Positions 17,390-25,650 of a DNA stretch of 64,000 nucleotides are shown here, one piece after another (position 1 is the stretch's first letter; the number at the start of each line of letters is the position of its first letter). Source of the stretch: Betaproteobacteria bacterium (GTDB lineage: Bacteria > Pseudomonadota > Gammaproteobacteria > Burkholderiales > Burkholderiaceae_C); assembly GCA_043716645.1 (NCBI GenBank), contig JAYSYH010000109.1:42941-106940 (forward strand), read 5' to 3'. The notes beneath the pieces are model-generated. The model did not search any database, was not told the DNA's origin, and saw nothing but the letters and a program-made list of their open reading frames with translations. Both the position numbers and the translations under genes were made by a program.

Positions 17390-19989
17390 GCGCCCAACCC
17401 TGCGAGTTGGCGCCGGGCCCGCGCCGTGGCGCGTTCGATTAGGTAGCTGGTCTCGTAGGCCTTCAGGCGGCCGGCCTCGCACAGGCGGATCAGCATGCGC
17501 TGGGTCAGCGACACCGTCTTGCGGTGCTTGCTGCCGTGCGTGAAGATGAAGAAGCTGCGTGCCGCGCTGACATGCGACAGGCGCACTTTCTGCCAGGCGT
17601 TGTCGACCTGCATCTGGTACGGGTAGCCGACCTGCACCAGATCGGCCAGCGCCCGGCCTTCAGTCGCCTCGGCGGCGTCGCTGATTTCGGGCACGCCGGG
17701 CAGGTTGGGCGCCGTGGGTGCGCTGGGCTCGTCCCGTGCGGTGGGTTCATCAACGACATCGATGTCGATATCGACGCTGCTCGACCAATCAACCGCCGAC
17801 TCCTGCATCAGACCGACGCGCTGGGCTTCCTCGGCAGTCAGCTGCAGGGGCGCGGCCTCGGCGATGGCGGCGGCGCTGGGCGGCGGCGCCGCTGCCAGTT
17901 CTGCCCGGGTTGGTGGTGGTCGCTGCAGCGCACCGTCGATCTGCCTGGCCATCAGGTTGATTTCCAACGTGCGGCCGGTGGTCGTCTTCAGCGCTTCGGC
18001 GTGGCAGGGCATCAGCTGGCCGAAGAATGCCCGGCGCTGGGCCTCAGGCCAGACGATCAGGTTCATGCCCTCGGTCAGGTCCTGCATCAGCTTGGGCAGT
18101 TCGGCCAGGAAGGCCTTGCGCAGCTGGGCCGTGGCCTTGGGCTGCACGCTCAGAAATAGTTCGCGGCCGGCATGGCGCAGCCGCTGTGCCAGCGCCCCTG
18201 TGGAGCCGCCATGCTCGGCGGCGCGCAGCAGAACCTGGCTCCACACGCCGGCAAGAAATTCACGCAGGAAGAGCGGTGCGTCCAGGTCTTTCAGTTCACC
18301 CGCCAGACGCTGTGCGTAGAGCTCGCGCAGGCGTTGCTGGTCTTCCTTTTCCGACAGCAGTGAGGCGGCCTCGCGCAGGCCCTGGTCGTTGTCACTGGCC
18401 TGCTCGGCGGTGAAAGCCTCCAACGCAGCCAGCTTCTGTTCGTAAAGCTCGATGCGGTCGAAATCGCCTTCGGCCACTTCCTGCACCAGTGAACGCACCT
18501 TGTTGAAGAACTGCCTGGCGCCTTCGTCGTTGAAGTCTTCGAAGGCCGAACCCAGCGACGCGATGCGGTTGATGAAGCGCCGCACCGGGTGCTTGCGCGA
18601 CGAGAAGAACGTCTTGTCGCCCAGGGCCGCGCGCAGCACCGGGAGCTGCAGCCGGGCAATCTGTCGTGCCAGCTGCGGCGGCACCTTGGGGTCGGCCAGG
18701 ATCTGGTCGAACATGAAGCCGATGACGTCGATCACCATGTGGTCGAGCGCGCCGGTGGACGCTTGTCGCAATTCGTCGCGGTGGGCACGAATCAGGTTGC
18801 GCGGCAGCGGCGCTGGAACATGGGACGCACCCGAACTGCCTTCTTCGCCACCGTGACCGCCATCGCCACCGCCATCGCCACCGCCGCCGTAGCCAGCGCC
18901 ATAACCGTCGTCCTGATGGCCAAAGGCTGTGTCGATGCCATCACCACGGTTGAGGCGGCGGATCAAGGACATCAGCGCCGGATCCAGCTGGCCCAGCTGA
19001 GCGCCGTACCCCCCGCTGATGCTGCCGCGCTGCGAAGGCGCGTGGCCACCCAGCCTGGCGGGTCCGCTGCGCCGCGCGCCGTATCGGCTGTCGGCGCCAC
19101 CGCCGTGGCCTGTCGGCGAGCCGGCGTTGTCGATCTGGGCGTGGTGCTCGCCAGAGCCAGGCCCGTTGCCCCTGCCAGTGTCTGCGTCCTCGAAATTCGT
19201 GTCGCGAGCCGAGCCGCCGTCGCCCGCGCTGCGGCGCTGGGTGCGGTTGCGAATGGCCAGGCTCTGCGGCTGCACACCGGCGTTGCGCAGGCCCGTCACG
19301 ATGTCGGCGTAGGCGCTGCGTAGCAGGCCGCCCAGTGAGCGGCTGAGCTCGGTCAACAGCACCTTGCGCACATCTTCCCGGTCTGACACCGCAACGATGC
19401 CGCGGATCATCGCGTGGCCGATCAGGTCGGGGCGCAACGGGTTGCGGTCGCGCTCGCCACCGGCGTCTGCCAGGATGGCGCTGACGTAGGCGTCGAGTTC
19501 GCGCAGTTCCCATTCGCAGGCGTGCGCGATATTCATGCCGAAGCGATCGGCCGAGATCTGGGCTTCAACTTCCTGGTCTTCCACCAAACTCAGGCTGGCC
19601 CAGTCGGAGCGCACGGCGCTGGGTGCTGAATGATGTACCGGCTGTTGTGCCGACTGGCGTAACGATGGATTTGCGGCGTGCTGCGTGGACTCGGTTTGCG
19701 CAGCGTAAGCGTCCGTATCGGCCGCGCGCGGCGCAATCTCGCGCAGCACGCGCAGGTCGTAAGCTTCGTTGAAGGTCAGCGCGAACACGGCTGACTTGCG
19801 GTTCAACTCGAACTGCGCCCCCAGCAGGCCGTCGCGCTGAAAAGCGTTGTTGGCTGCCAGCGCCGCCAAACCCAAGCTTTCGATGGTGCGCTCTGCCGCT
19901 TCACGCGCTGACAGCTTCAGGCGTTGGACAGCCGCTTCCAGCGGGGCGGGCAGGCGGTGAACAGGGTTTGGCTTCATGGGCGAGGGCAC
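17386..19989 (-). CDS. DUF1631-family protein
   Basis: IDVIGFMFDQILAD, IARLQLPVLRAAL.D.TFF...HPVRRFINRIAS; low-complexity Gly-rich linker; long ORF with normal codon usage. Confidence 0.8.
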   Translation of the reverse strand: MPSPMKPNPVHRLPAPLEAAVQRLKLSAREAAERTIESLGLAALAANNAFQRDGLLGAQFELNRKSAVFALTFNEAYDLRVLREIAPRAADTDAYAAQTESTQHAANPSLRQSAQQPVHHSAPSAVRSDWASLSLVEDQEVEAQISADRFGMNIAHACEWELRELDAYVSAILADAGGERDRNPLRPDLIGHAMIRGIVAVSDREDVRKVLLTELSRSLGGLLRSAYADIVTGLRNAGVQPQSLAIRNRTQRRSAGDGGSARDTNFEDADTGRGNGPGSGEHHAQIDNAGSPTGHGGGADSRYGARRSGPARLGGHAPSQRGSISGGYGAQLGQLDPALMSLIRRLNRGDGIDTAFGHQDDGYGAGYGGGGDGGGDGGHGGEEGSSGASHVPAPLPRNLIRAHRDELRQASTGALDHMVIDVIGFMFDQILADPKVPPQLARQIARLQLPVLRAALGDKTFFSSRKHPVRRFINRIASLGSAFEDFNDEGARQFFNKVRSLVQEVAEGDFDRIELYEQKLAALEAFTAEQASDNDQGLREAASLLSEKEDQQRLRELYAQRLAGELKDLDAPLFLREFLAGVWSQVLLRAAEHGGSTGALAQRLRHAGRELFLSVQPKATAQLRKAFLAELPKLMQDLTEGMNLIVWPEAQRRAFFGQLMPCHAEALKTTTGRTLEINLMARQIDGALQRPPPTRAELAAAPPPSAAAIAEAAPLQLTAEEAQRVGLMQESAVDWSSSVDIDIDVVDEPTARDEPSAPTAPNLPGVPEISDAAEATEGRALADLVQVGYPYQMQVDNAWQKVRLSHVSAARSFFIFTHGSKHRKTVSLTQRMLIRLCEAGRLKAYETSYLIERATARARRQLAGLGA

Positions 19990-20065
19990 ACCGCAAGCAA
20001 CGGCGCCTCAGTATGCGGCAGCCTCGTCTGCGCCTAAGCCCGGGTGTGAGCCCGAAGGCCCGCGC

Positions 20066-20470
20066 TTATTTGCGCAAAGCGTCGCGAATCTCGCGCAGCA
20101 GCAAGACGTCCTCCGGCGTCGGCGGCGCGACCGGTGCTTCCCGCTTCATGCGGTTCATCTGCTTGACCATCATGAAGATGATGAAGGCCAGGATGATGAA
20201 ATTGATGAAGACCGTGATGAAGTTGCCGTAAGCAAACACAGCGCCGGCTTTTTTGGCTTCAGCCAGCGTCAAGGCGGCGGGGCCGGACAGCTGGATGAAG
20301 TAGTTGCTGAAATCCATGCCGCCGAAGATCTTGCCAGCGATCGGCATGATGAGATCGGTGACGAGCGAATCGACGATCTTGCCGAAGGCGCCCCCAATGA
20401 TCACGCCCACAGCCAGGTCCATCACGTTCCCTTTGAGGGCGAATGCCTTGAACTCCGAACCGAAACTCAT
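20066..20470 (-). CDS. mscL: Large-conductance mechanosensitive channel
   Basis: [44 protein letters not shown]. Confidence 0.97.
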   Translation of the reverse strand: MSFGSEFKAFALKGNVMDLAVGVIIGGAFGKIVDSLVTDLIMPIAGKIFGGMDFSNYFIQLSGPAALTLAEAKKAGAVFAYGNFITVFINFIILAFIIFMMVKQMNRMKREAPVAPPTPEDVLLLREIRDALRK

Positions 20471-20707
20471 AGGCCGACACTCCAGTGGAAGGGGTTGTGG
20501 GTGGCTGAGGCAACCATGGCGCCCCCAACGGTCGACGCTAGCGGCGGGTCAGCGCGCCGTCAATCGACCCATGGCGAGGTGCAAACGCCGCCAGCAAAGC
20601 GCCCACCCACGCCCTTGTGGTGGCTTGCCGAACCCGTCAGCCCGATGAAGACGCGTCGGCTAGAATTCGGGGTTGTCCCCAATGAACATTTAACGCTGAG
20701 GAAGCCC

Positions 20708-21340
20708 ATGAGCGACGCCGCTGTCGAGAGCCCCGCCCTCCATCCCAGTCCCGCTGTCGACTCAGGCCGCCGCACCTGGATGGCCATCACCTGTGGCGCC
20801 GGCGCGCTGGGTGGCGTAGCGGTTGCAGTACCTTTTATCAGCACTTTCGCGCCGTCCGAGCGTGCCCGTGCCGCCGGTGCGCCGGTGCAGGTCGACATCA
20901 GCGCCATCAAGCCGGGTGAGAAGTTGACCGTTGAATGGCGTGGCAAGCCGGTGTGGATCATTCGGCGCACGCCCGAGCAGATCGCCACCCTGCCCAAGAA
21001 CGACAAGGAACTGGCCGACCCCAAGTCCGAGCGCAAGCCGGCTGAGTTGACGCCGGCCTACGCGCTCAATGAAGGCCGCTCGATCAAACCCGAATTCTTC
21101 GTTGGCGTGGGCATTTGTTCGCATCTCGGTTGCTCGCCCAGCGACCGCTTTGTGACCGGCGCACAGCCCTCCCTGCCCGACGACTGGAATGGCGGCTTTC
21201 TCTGCCCTTGCCATGGATCGACCTTCGACATGGCCGGCCGCGTTTACAAGAACAAGCCGGCGCCCGACAACCTCGAAGTACCGCCACACATGTACCTGTC
21301 CGACGCCATTCTCGTGATCGGCGAAGACAAGAAGGCGTGA
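20708..21340 (+). CDS. petA: Ubiquinol-cytochrome c reductase Rieske subunit
   Basis: RR Tat-like N-terminus, WRGKPV, CSHLGC and CPCHGS Rieske motifs; start at ATG 20708. Confidence 0.97.
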   Translation: MSDAAVESPALHPSPAVDSGRRTWMAITCGAGALGGVAVAVPFISTFAPSERARAAGAPVQVDISAIKPGEKLTVEWRGKPVWIIRRTPEQIATLPKNDKELADPKSERKPAELTPAYALNEGRSIKPEFFVGVGICSHLGCSPSDRFVTGAQPSLPDDWNGGFLCPCHGSTFDMAGRVYKNKPAPDNLEVPPHMYLSDAILVIGEDKKA

Positions 21341-21351
21341 GCCTTTTTTTT
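21329..21351 (+). terminator. Short terminator/attenuator-like hairpin overlapping the petA stop codon
   Basis: AAGAAGGC-GTGA-GCCTTTTT followed by further Ts; GNRA loop; weak GC core. Confidence 0.4.
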
Positions 21352-21383
21352 CCCTGCAGTAAACCCCGAAGCTTGAGGTCAAG

Positions 21384-22790
21384 ATGGCTGAATTCAAGGA
21401 AGCACCCGCCGGCTCCGGCGCTCTCGTACAGACGAGCACTTGGCTCGAAAACCGATTCCCGACCGCCTTCGATGCGTTTCGGGTTCACATGTCGGAGTAC
21501 TACGCACCGAAGAACTTCAATTTCTGGTACTTCTTCGGCGCCCTGGCATTGCTGGTACTGGTCATTCAAATTGTCACCGGTATTTTCCTGGTGATGCACT
21601 ACAAGCCCGATGCGAGCCTGGCCTTCGCCTCGGTTGAATACATCATGCGAGACGTGCCTTGGGGCTGGCTGGTGCGCTACATGCACAGCACGGGTGCCAG
21701 TGCCTTCTTCGTGGTGGTCTACTTGCACATGTTCCGTGGCCTCATCTACGGCAGCTACAAGAAGCCGCGCGAACTGGTCTGGCTGTTCGGCTGTGCCATC
21801 TTTTTGGCGCTGATGGCCGAGGCTTTCATGGGCTATCTGCTGCCCTGGGGCCAGATGAGCTACTGGGGTGCCCAGGTCATCATCAATTTGTTTGCGGCCA
21901 TCCCTCTCGTCGGTCCTGACCTGTCGCTGTTGATTCGCGGTGACTATGTGGTGGGCGACGCCACGCTGAACCGGTTCTTCAGCTTCCACGTCATCGCCGT
22001 GCCGCTGGTTCTGCTGGGTCTGGTGGTGGCGCACCTGCTTTCGCTGCATGACGTGGGTTCGAACAACCCCGATGGTGTCGAGATCAAGGCCAACAAGGAC
22101 CCGAAGACGGGCATTCCGCTGGACGGTATTCCTTTCCATCCGTACTACTCGGTGCACGACATCCTGGGCGTCAGCGTCTTCCTGATGATCTTCACCGCGG
22201 TGATCTTTTTCGCGCCGGAAATGGGCGGCTACTTTTTGGAGTTCAACAACTTCATTCCGGCCGATCCGTTGAAGACGCCAGCGCACATTGCACCGGTTTG
22301 GTATTTCACGCCTTACTACTCGATGCTGCGGGCGGTGACGGACGACATGGTCAATGTGTTCGTTGGGCTGGCCGCCGTGGCCGGGGTTCTGGGCTTTCTC
22401 AAGGGCGGTCTGAAGGGCATCTGGAAGTTCGCACCGCTGGTAGGTGCCGTGGTATTGGCAGTGATGTTGAAGTCCTTCGACGCCAAGTTCTGGGGCGTGG
22501 TGGTGATGGGTGGTGCCGTGATGATTCTTTTCGGGTTGCCCTGGTTCGACAACAGTCCGGTCAAGTCCATACGCTACCGTCCGAGCTGGAACAAGGTCCT
22601 CTACGGCACTTTCGTGATCGTCTTTGCCGTCCTGGGCTACCTGGGCATCCAGCCACCGACTACGGTGGGCACGCTGATGTCGCAGGTGGGCACGCTGTTC
22701 TATTTCGGCTTCTTTCTGCTGATGCCGTGGTGGAGCACTTGGGGTGAATTCAAGGCGGTGCCCGATCGCGTGACTTTCCACGCCCACTAA
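21384..22790 (+). CDS. petB: Cytochrome b
   Basis: RYMHSTGAS, YLHMFRG, GYLLPWGQMSYWGAQV, RFFSFHV, HIAPVWYF (PEWY-like). Confidence 0.98.
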   Translation: MAEFKEAPAGSGALVQTSTWLENRFPTAFDAFRVHMSEYYAPKNFNFWYFFGALALLVLVIQIVTGIFLVMHYKPDASLAFASVEYIMRDVPWGWLVRYMHSTGASAFFVVVYLHMFRGLIYGSYKKPRELVWLFGCAIFLALMAEAFMGYLLPWGQMSYWGAQVIINLFAAIPLVGPDLSLLIRGDYVVGDATLNRFFSFHVIAVPLVLLGLVVAHLLSLHDVGSNNPDGVEIKANKDPKTGIPLDGIPFHPYYSVHDILGVSVFLMIFTAVIFFAPEMGGYFLEFNNFIPADPLKTPAHIAPVWYFTPYYSMLRAVTDDMVNVFVGLAAVAGVLGFLKGGLKGIWKFAPLVGAVVLAVMLKSFDAKFWGVVVMGGAVMILFGLPWFDNSPVKSIRYRPSWNKVLYGTFVIVFAVLGYLGIQPPTTVGTLMSQVGTLFYFGFFLLMPWWSTWGEFKAVPDRVTFHAH

Positions 22791-22813
22791 ACGCGGACGG
22801 CGGAGTCGAAAAA

Positions 22814-23584
22814 ATGAAAAAACTGATCCTCGCGCTGCTGGCCTCCTTGGTCTGGTTGGGCTCGGCGCAAGCCAACACCGAAGGTCCGGCCTGGGACAAG
22901 TTCCCGACCCAGCGCCTGACTGACATGTCTGCGCTGCAGAACGGCGCCAAGCTCTTCGTCAATTACTGTCTGAATTGCCATAACGCGGCCTTCATGCGTT
23001 TCAATCGGCTGCGTGACATCGGCCTGACCGAGGCGCAGATCAAGGACAACCTGCTGTTCACCGGTGTCAAGGTCGGCGACCTGATGAAGACCGCAATGGA
23101 TCCGAAGGACGCCAAGGACTGGTTCGGCGGCGTGCCGCCAGACCTGACCTTGATCACGCGTTCGCGCGCCGACGGTTCGAAAGGCAGCGGTGCCGACTAC
23201 GTCTACACCTACCTGCGCAGTTACTACCGCGACGAAACCAAGGCCACTGGCTGGAACAATACAGCGTTTCCGGGCGTTGGCATGCCGCACGTGTTGTGGG
23301 AACTTCAAGGCCAGCAGCGCGCGGTGTATGAAGAAGAGAAAGACCACCACGACCCGAGTAAATTGGTGAAGGTGTTCAAGGGTTTCGAGCCGGTCACCGC
23401 CGGCACGCAAAACCAGTCGCAGTACAACGACTCGGTGGCCGACCTAGTGGCTTTCCTGCAATGGATGAGTGAGCCCGAGCAAAACAGCCGCGTGCGGCTG
23501 GGGGTGTGGGTGCTGTTGTTCCTGGCTGTATTCACGGTGATCGCCTGGCGTCTGAACGCGGCGTACTGGAAAGACATCAAGTAG
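22814..23584 (+). CDS. petC: Cytochrome c1
   Basis: Signal peptide, CLNCH, PPDL, MPHVL, C-terminal TM followed by YWKDIK. Confidence 0.97.
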   Translation: MKKLILALLASLVWLGSAQANTEGPAWDKFPTQRLTDMSALQNGAKLFVNYCLNCHNAAFMRFNRLRDIGLTEAQIKDNLLFTGVKVGDLMKTAMDPKDAKDWFGGVPPDLTLITRSRADGSKGSGADYVYTYLRSYYRDETKATGWNNTAFPGVGMPHVLWELQGQQRAVYEEEKDHHDPSKLVKVFKGFEPVTAGTQNQSQYNDSVADLVAFLQWMSEPEQNSRVRLGVWVLLFLAVFTVIAWRLNAAYWKDIK

Positions 23585-23635
23585 TTCGAAGCTGGGCTCG
23601 GGCTGTGCGCAAATTGCACGCAGCCAAGCCTGCCG

Positions 23636-23688
23636 CGCAGTGGAGCGTCTTTCAGTCGCGGCTGAGGCACCCACTGCGTTTTGTGTTT
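23636..23688 (+). terminator. Hairpin with U-rich tail between petC and sspA
   Basis: CGCAGTGG...CCACTGCG outer stem with inner TCAGTC/GGCTGA stem, followed by TTTTGTGTTT. Confidence 0.55.
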
Positions 23689-23726
23689 ATTGAAGAGCCT
23701 AGAAGCTGAAAAGAAAGGCCCACGCC

Positions 23727-24338
23727 ATGATGGTGCTGTATTCCGGAACGACCTGCCCTTATTCGCACCGCTGCCGCTTTGTGCTGTTCGAGAAAGGCAT
23801 GGATTTCGAGATCCGTGACGTGGACATCTTCGCCAAGCCCGAAGACATCGCATTGATGAATCCGTACAACGAGGTGCCGATCCTCGTCGAACGCGACCTG
23901 ATCCTGTACGAGTCGCACATCATCAACGAGTACATCGACGAGCGCTTTCCGCATCCGCAGTTGATGCCCGGCGATCCGGTGGCCCGCGCCCGCGTGCGGT
24001 TGTTCCTGTTCAACTTCGAAAAGGAGTTGTTCAGCAATGTGAACCTGCTGGAAGGCCGCGGGGTGAAGGCAACCGAGAAGCAGCTGGAAAAGGCTCGTGA
24101 CCAGATCCGCGACCGCCTGACGCAGCTGGCGCCAATCTTCCTGAAGAACAAGTACATGTTGGGCGACGATTTCAGCATGCTCGACGTGGCCATCGCGCCG
24201 TTGCTGTGGCGTCTGGATTACTACGGCATCGACCTCAGCAAGAATGCTGTGCCACTGTTGAAATACGCCGAGCGCATCTTTTCTCGCCCGGCTTACATCG
24301 AGGCGCTGACGCCATCTGAAAAGGTCATGCGCAAGTAG
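23727..24338 (+). CDS. sspA: Stringent starvation protein A (GST fold)
   Basis: MMVLYSGTTCPYSHRCR, NPYNEVP, YIDERFPHPQLMP, IAPLLWRL; conserved position after petC. Confidence 0.95.
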   Translation: MMVLYSGTTCPYSHRCRFVLFEKGMDFEIRDVDIFAKPEDIALMNPYNEVPILVERDLILYESHIINEYIDERFPHPQLMPGDPVARARVRLFLFNFEKELFSNVNLLEGRGVKATEKQLEKARDQIRDRLTQLAPIFLKNKYMLGDDFSMLDVAIAPLLWRLDYYGIDLSKNAVPLLKYAERIFSRPAYIEALTPSEKVMRK

Positions 24339-24354
24339 CTGCATCGATCAAGCC

Positions 24355-24900
24355 ATGGTTGAACCCCTCGATGCCCAAGGCACGTCGACACGCCCGTATT
24401 TGCTGCGCGCGTTGCACGACTGGTGTTCGGACAACGGCTTCACTCCTTACATCGCGGTGCACGTGAGCGCCGGAGTGCTGGTGCCGATGGAGTACGTGAA
24501 GAACAACGAGATCGTGCTCAACGTCGGGTTCGACGCCACTTCGGGGCTTCAGCTCGGCAACGAGTTCGTCGAGTTCAAGGCGCGTTTCGGCGGCATGGCC
24601 CGCGAGATCAAGGTGCCGGTCGACCACGTGGTGGCGATCTACGCCCGTGAGAACGGTCAGGGCATGGCGTTTCCGATGCCAACCGAAGGCGGCATCAAGG
24701 CTGCCGCGCCTGTCAAGGTGGGTTCGAGTCCGGTTCGGGGGTTGCGATTGGCCAGCACCGGCGCGGCCACGGTCCAGCCCCTGGTGGCACCCGTGGTCGC
24801 ACCCGCCACAGTGCCCGTGGTGGCACAGCCCGTGGATCAGCCGCCGCCCGATGCCTCACCACCAGCCGGCGGTCGCCCGGTGCTGAAGCGCATCAAGTAA
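24355..24900 (+). CDS. sspB: ClpXP specificity-enhancing factor
   Basis: STRPYLLRALHDWCSDNGFTPY, IVLNV, FKARFGG, IYARENGQG, C-terminal RPVLKRIK. Confidence 0.95.
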   Translation: MVEPLDAQGTSTRPYLLRALHDWCSDNGFTPYIAVHVSAGVLVPMEYVKNNEIVLNVGFDATSGLQLGNEFVEFKARFGGMAREIKVPVDHVVAIYARENGQGMAFPMPTEGGIKAAAPVKVGSSPVRGLRLASTGAATVQPLVAPVVAPATVPVVAQPVDQPPPDASPPAGGRPVLKRIK

Positions 24901-24984
24901 TCCTGCTGCCGAGCGGGCAGGCGGGCCGAACCCCGTGCGGCATGCAGCTACTGCGGGCGCGGCCCACCTACAATTTCAAGCCAT

Positions 24985-25060
24985 GCCGGCTTAGCTCAGT
25001 TGGTAGAGCACCCGCCTTGTAAGCGGAAGGTCTTCGGTTCGATTCCGAAAGCCGGCACCA
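24985..25060 (+). tRNA. tRNA-Thr(TGT)
   Basis: Cloverleaf: acceptor GCCGGCT/AGCCGGC, D-arm GCTC/GAGC, anticodon TGT, T-loop TTCGATT, encoded CCA; 76 nt. Confidence 0.96.
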
Positions 25061-25079
25061 GTCTTAGCGCCGTTTGGCC

Positions 25080-25394
25080 TCAGATGCGTGGCAGAACCTT
25101 GATCCTGATGGGCGGCTTGGTCCAACCGTTAGCGCGCAGTTCGGCCTCCAGTGCGGGCAGCAACTGACGCAGCTTGGCCGCTACGGCGGCGTTGTCCACC
25201 AGCAGCTGCCAGGCCTCTTCGTCCAGCGGCCCTGAACGGATGCCGGCCCGCAGGGCCGGCGGCATCAGGCGGCTCAAGGCCTCTAGCCGCGCTTGTGATT
25301 CGCGCACCCTTTGAAGCAGGCCGACGAGCGGCTCGCTGCGGTCGAGCGCAGCGGCAAGCTTCAGCCCGAGGTGGGTGGTAAACGTCACGGCCAC
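25080..25394 (-). CDS. DciA/DUF721-like protein
   Basis: Short protein divergent from secA with 'LLVDNAAVAAKLRQLLPAL..IRIKV', typical of the DUF721 gene next to secA. Confidence 0.7.
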   Translation of the reverse strand: MAVTFTTHLGLKLAAALDRSEPLVGLLQRVRESQARLEALSRLMPPALRAGIRSGPLDEEAWQLLVDNAAVAAKLRQLLPALEAELRANGWTKPPIRIKVLPRI

Positions 25395-25650
25395 AGTCTA
25401 ACGACGTCGGCGCCAGCCCCTTCGGCGCGCCGGTACCGGGTGATAAACTTTGACGTTTTGCGCGCTCCGCACGCGCCGCTTGAGCCGCATGAACCTGCAG
25501 ACCCGGGCCCACTTTCCAATGCGCCAGGGGTAGCGCAGAGAAGGGCCTCGACTTGCAAGCGACTGCCCCATCCCCAGATGCATTTGCACGCGCGTTGCGG
25601 CCCAATCAGGCCGTTGCGCCTGCACCCGAACCCCGAGAGCTCGACGCCGC

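Noticed and set aside
19976-20707. Long N-terminal extension of petA
   Set aside because: Antisense to mscL; Rieske homology starts at ATG 20708.
22340-22490. Extra hydrophobic insertion in cytochrome b
   Set aside because: Extended cytochrome b is a known feature of beta/gammaproteobacterial bc1 complexes.
24715-24740. GGTTCGAGTCC T-loop-like string
   Set aside because: Lies in frame within sspB with no surrounding cloverleaf.
24985-25080. tRNA-Thr as an integration site
   Set aside because: No integrase nearby and no duplicated tRNA 3' end found in the window.
25489-25533. 14-codon ORF upstream of secA as a SecM-like leader
   Set aside because: No signal peptide, arrest motif or convincing RBS.
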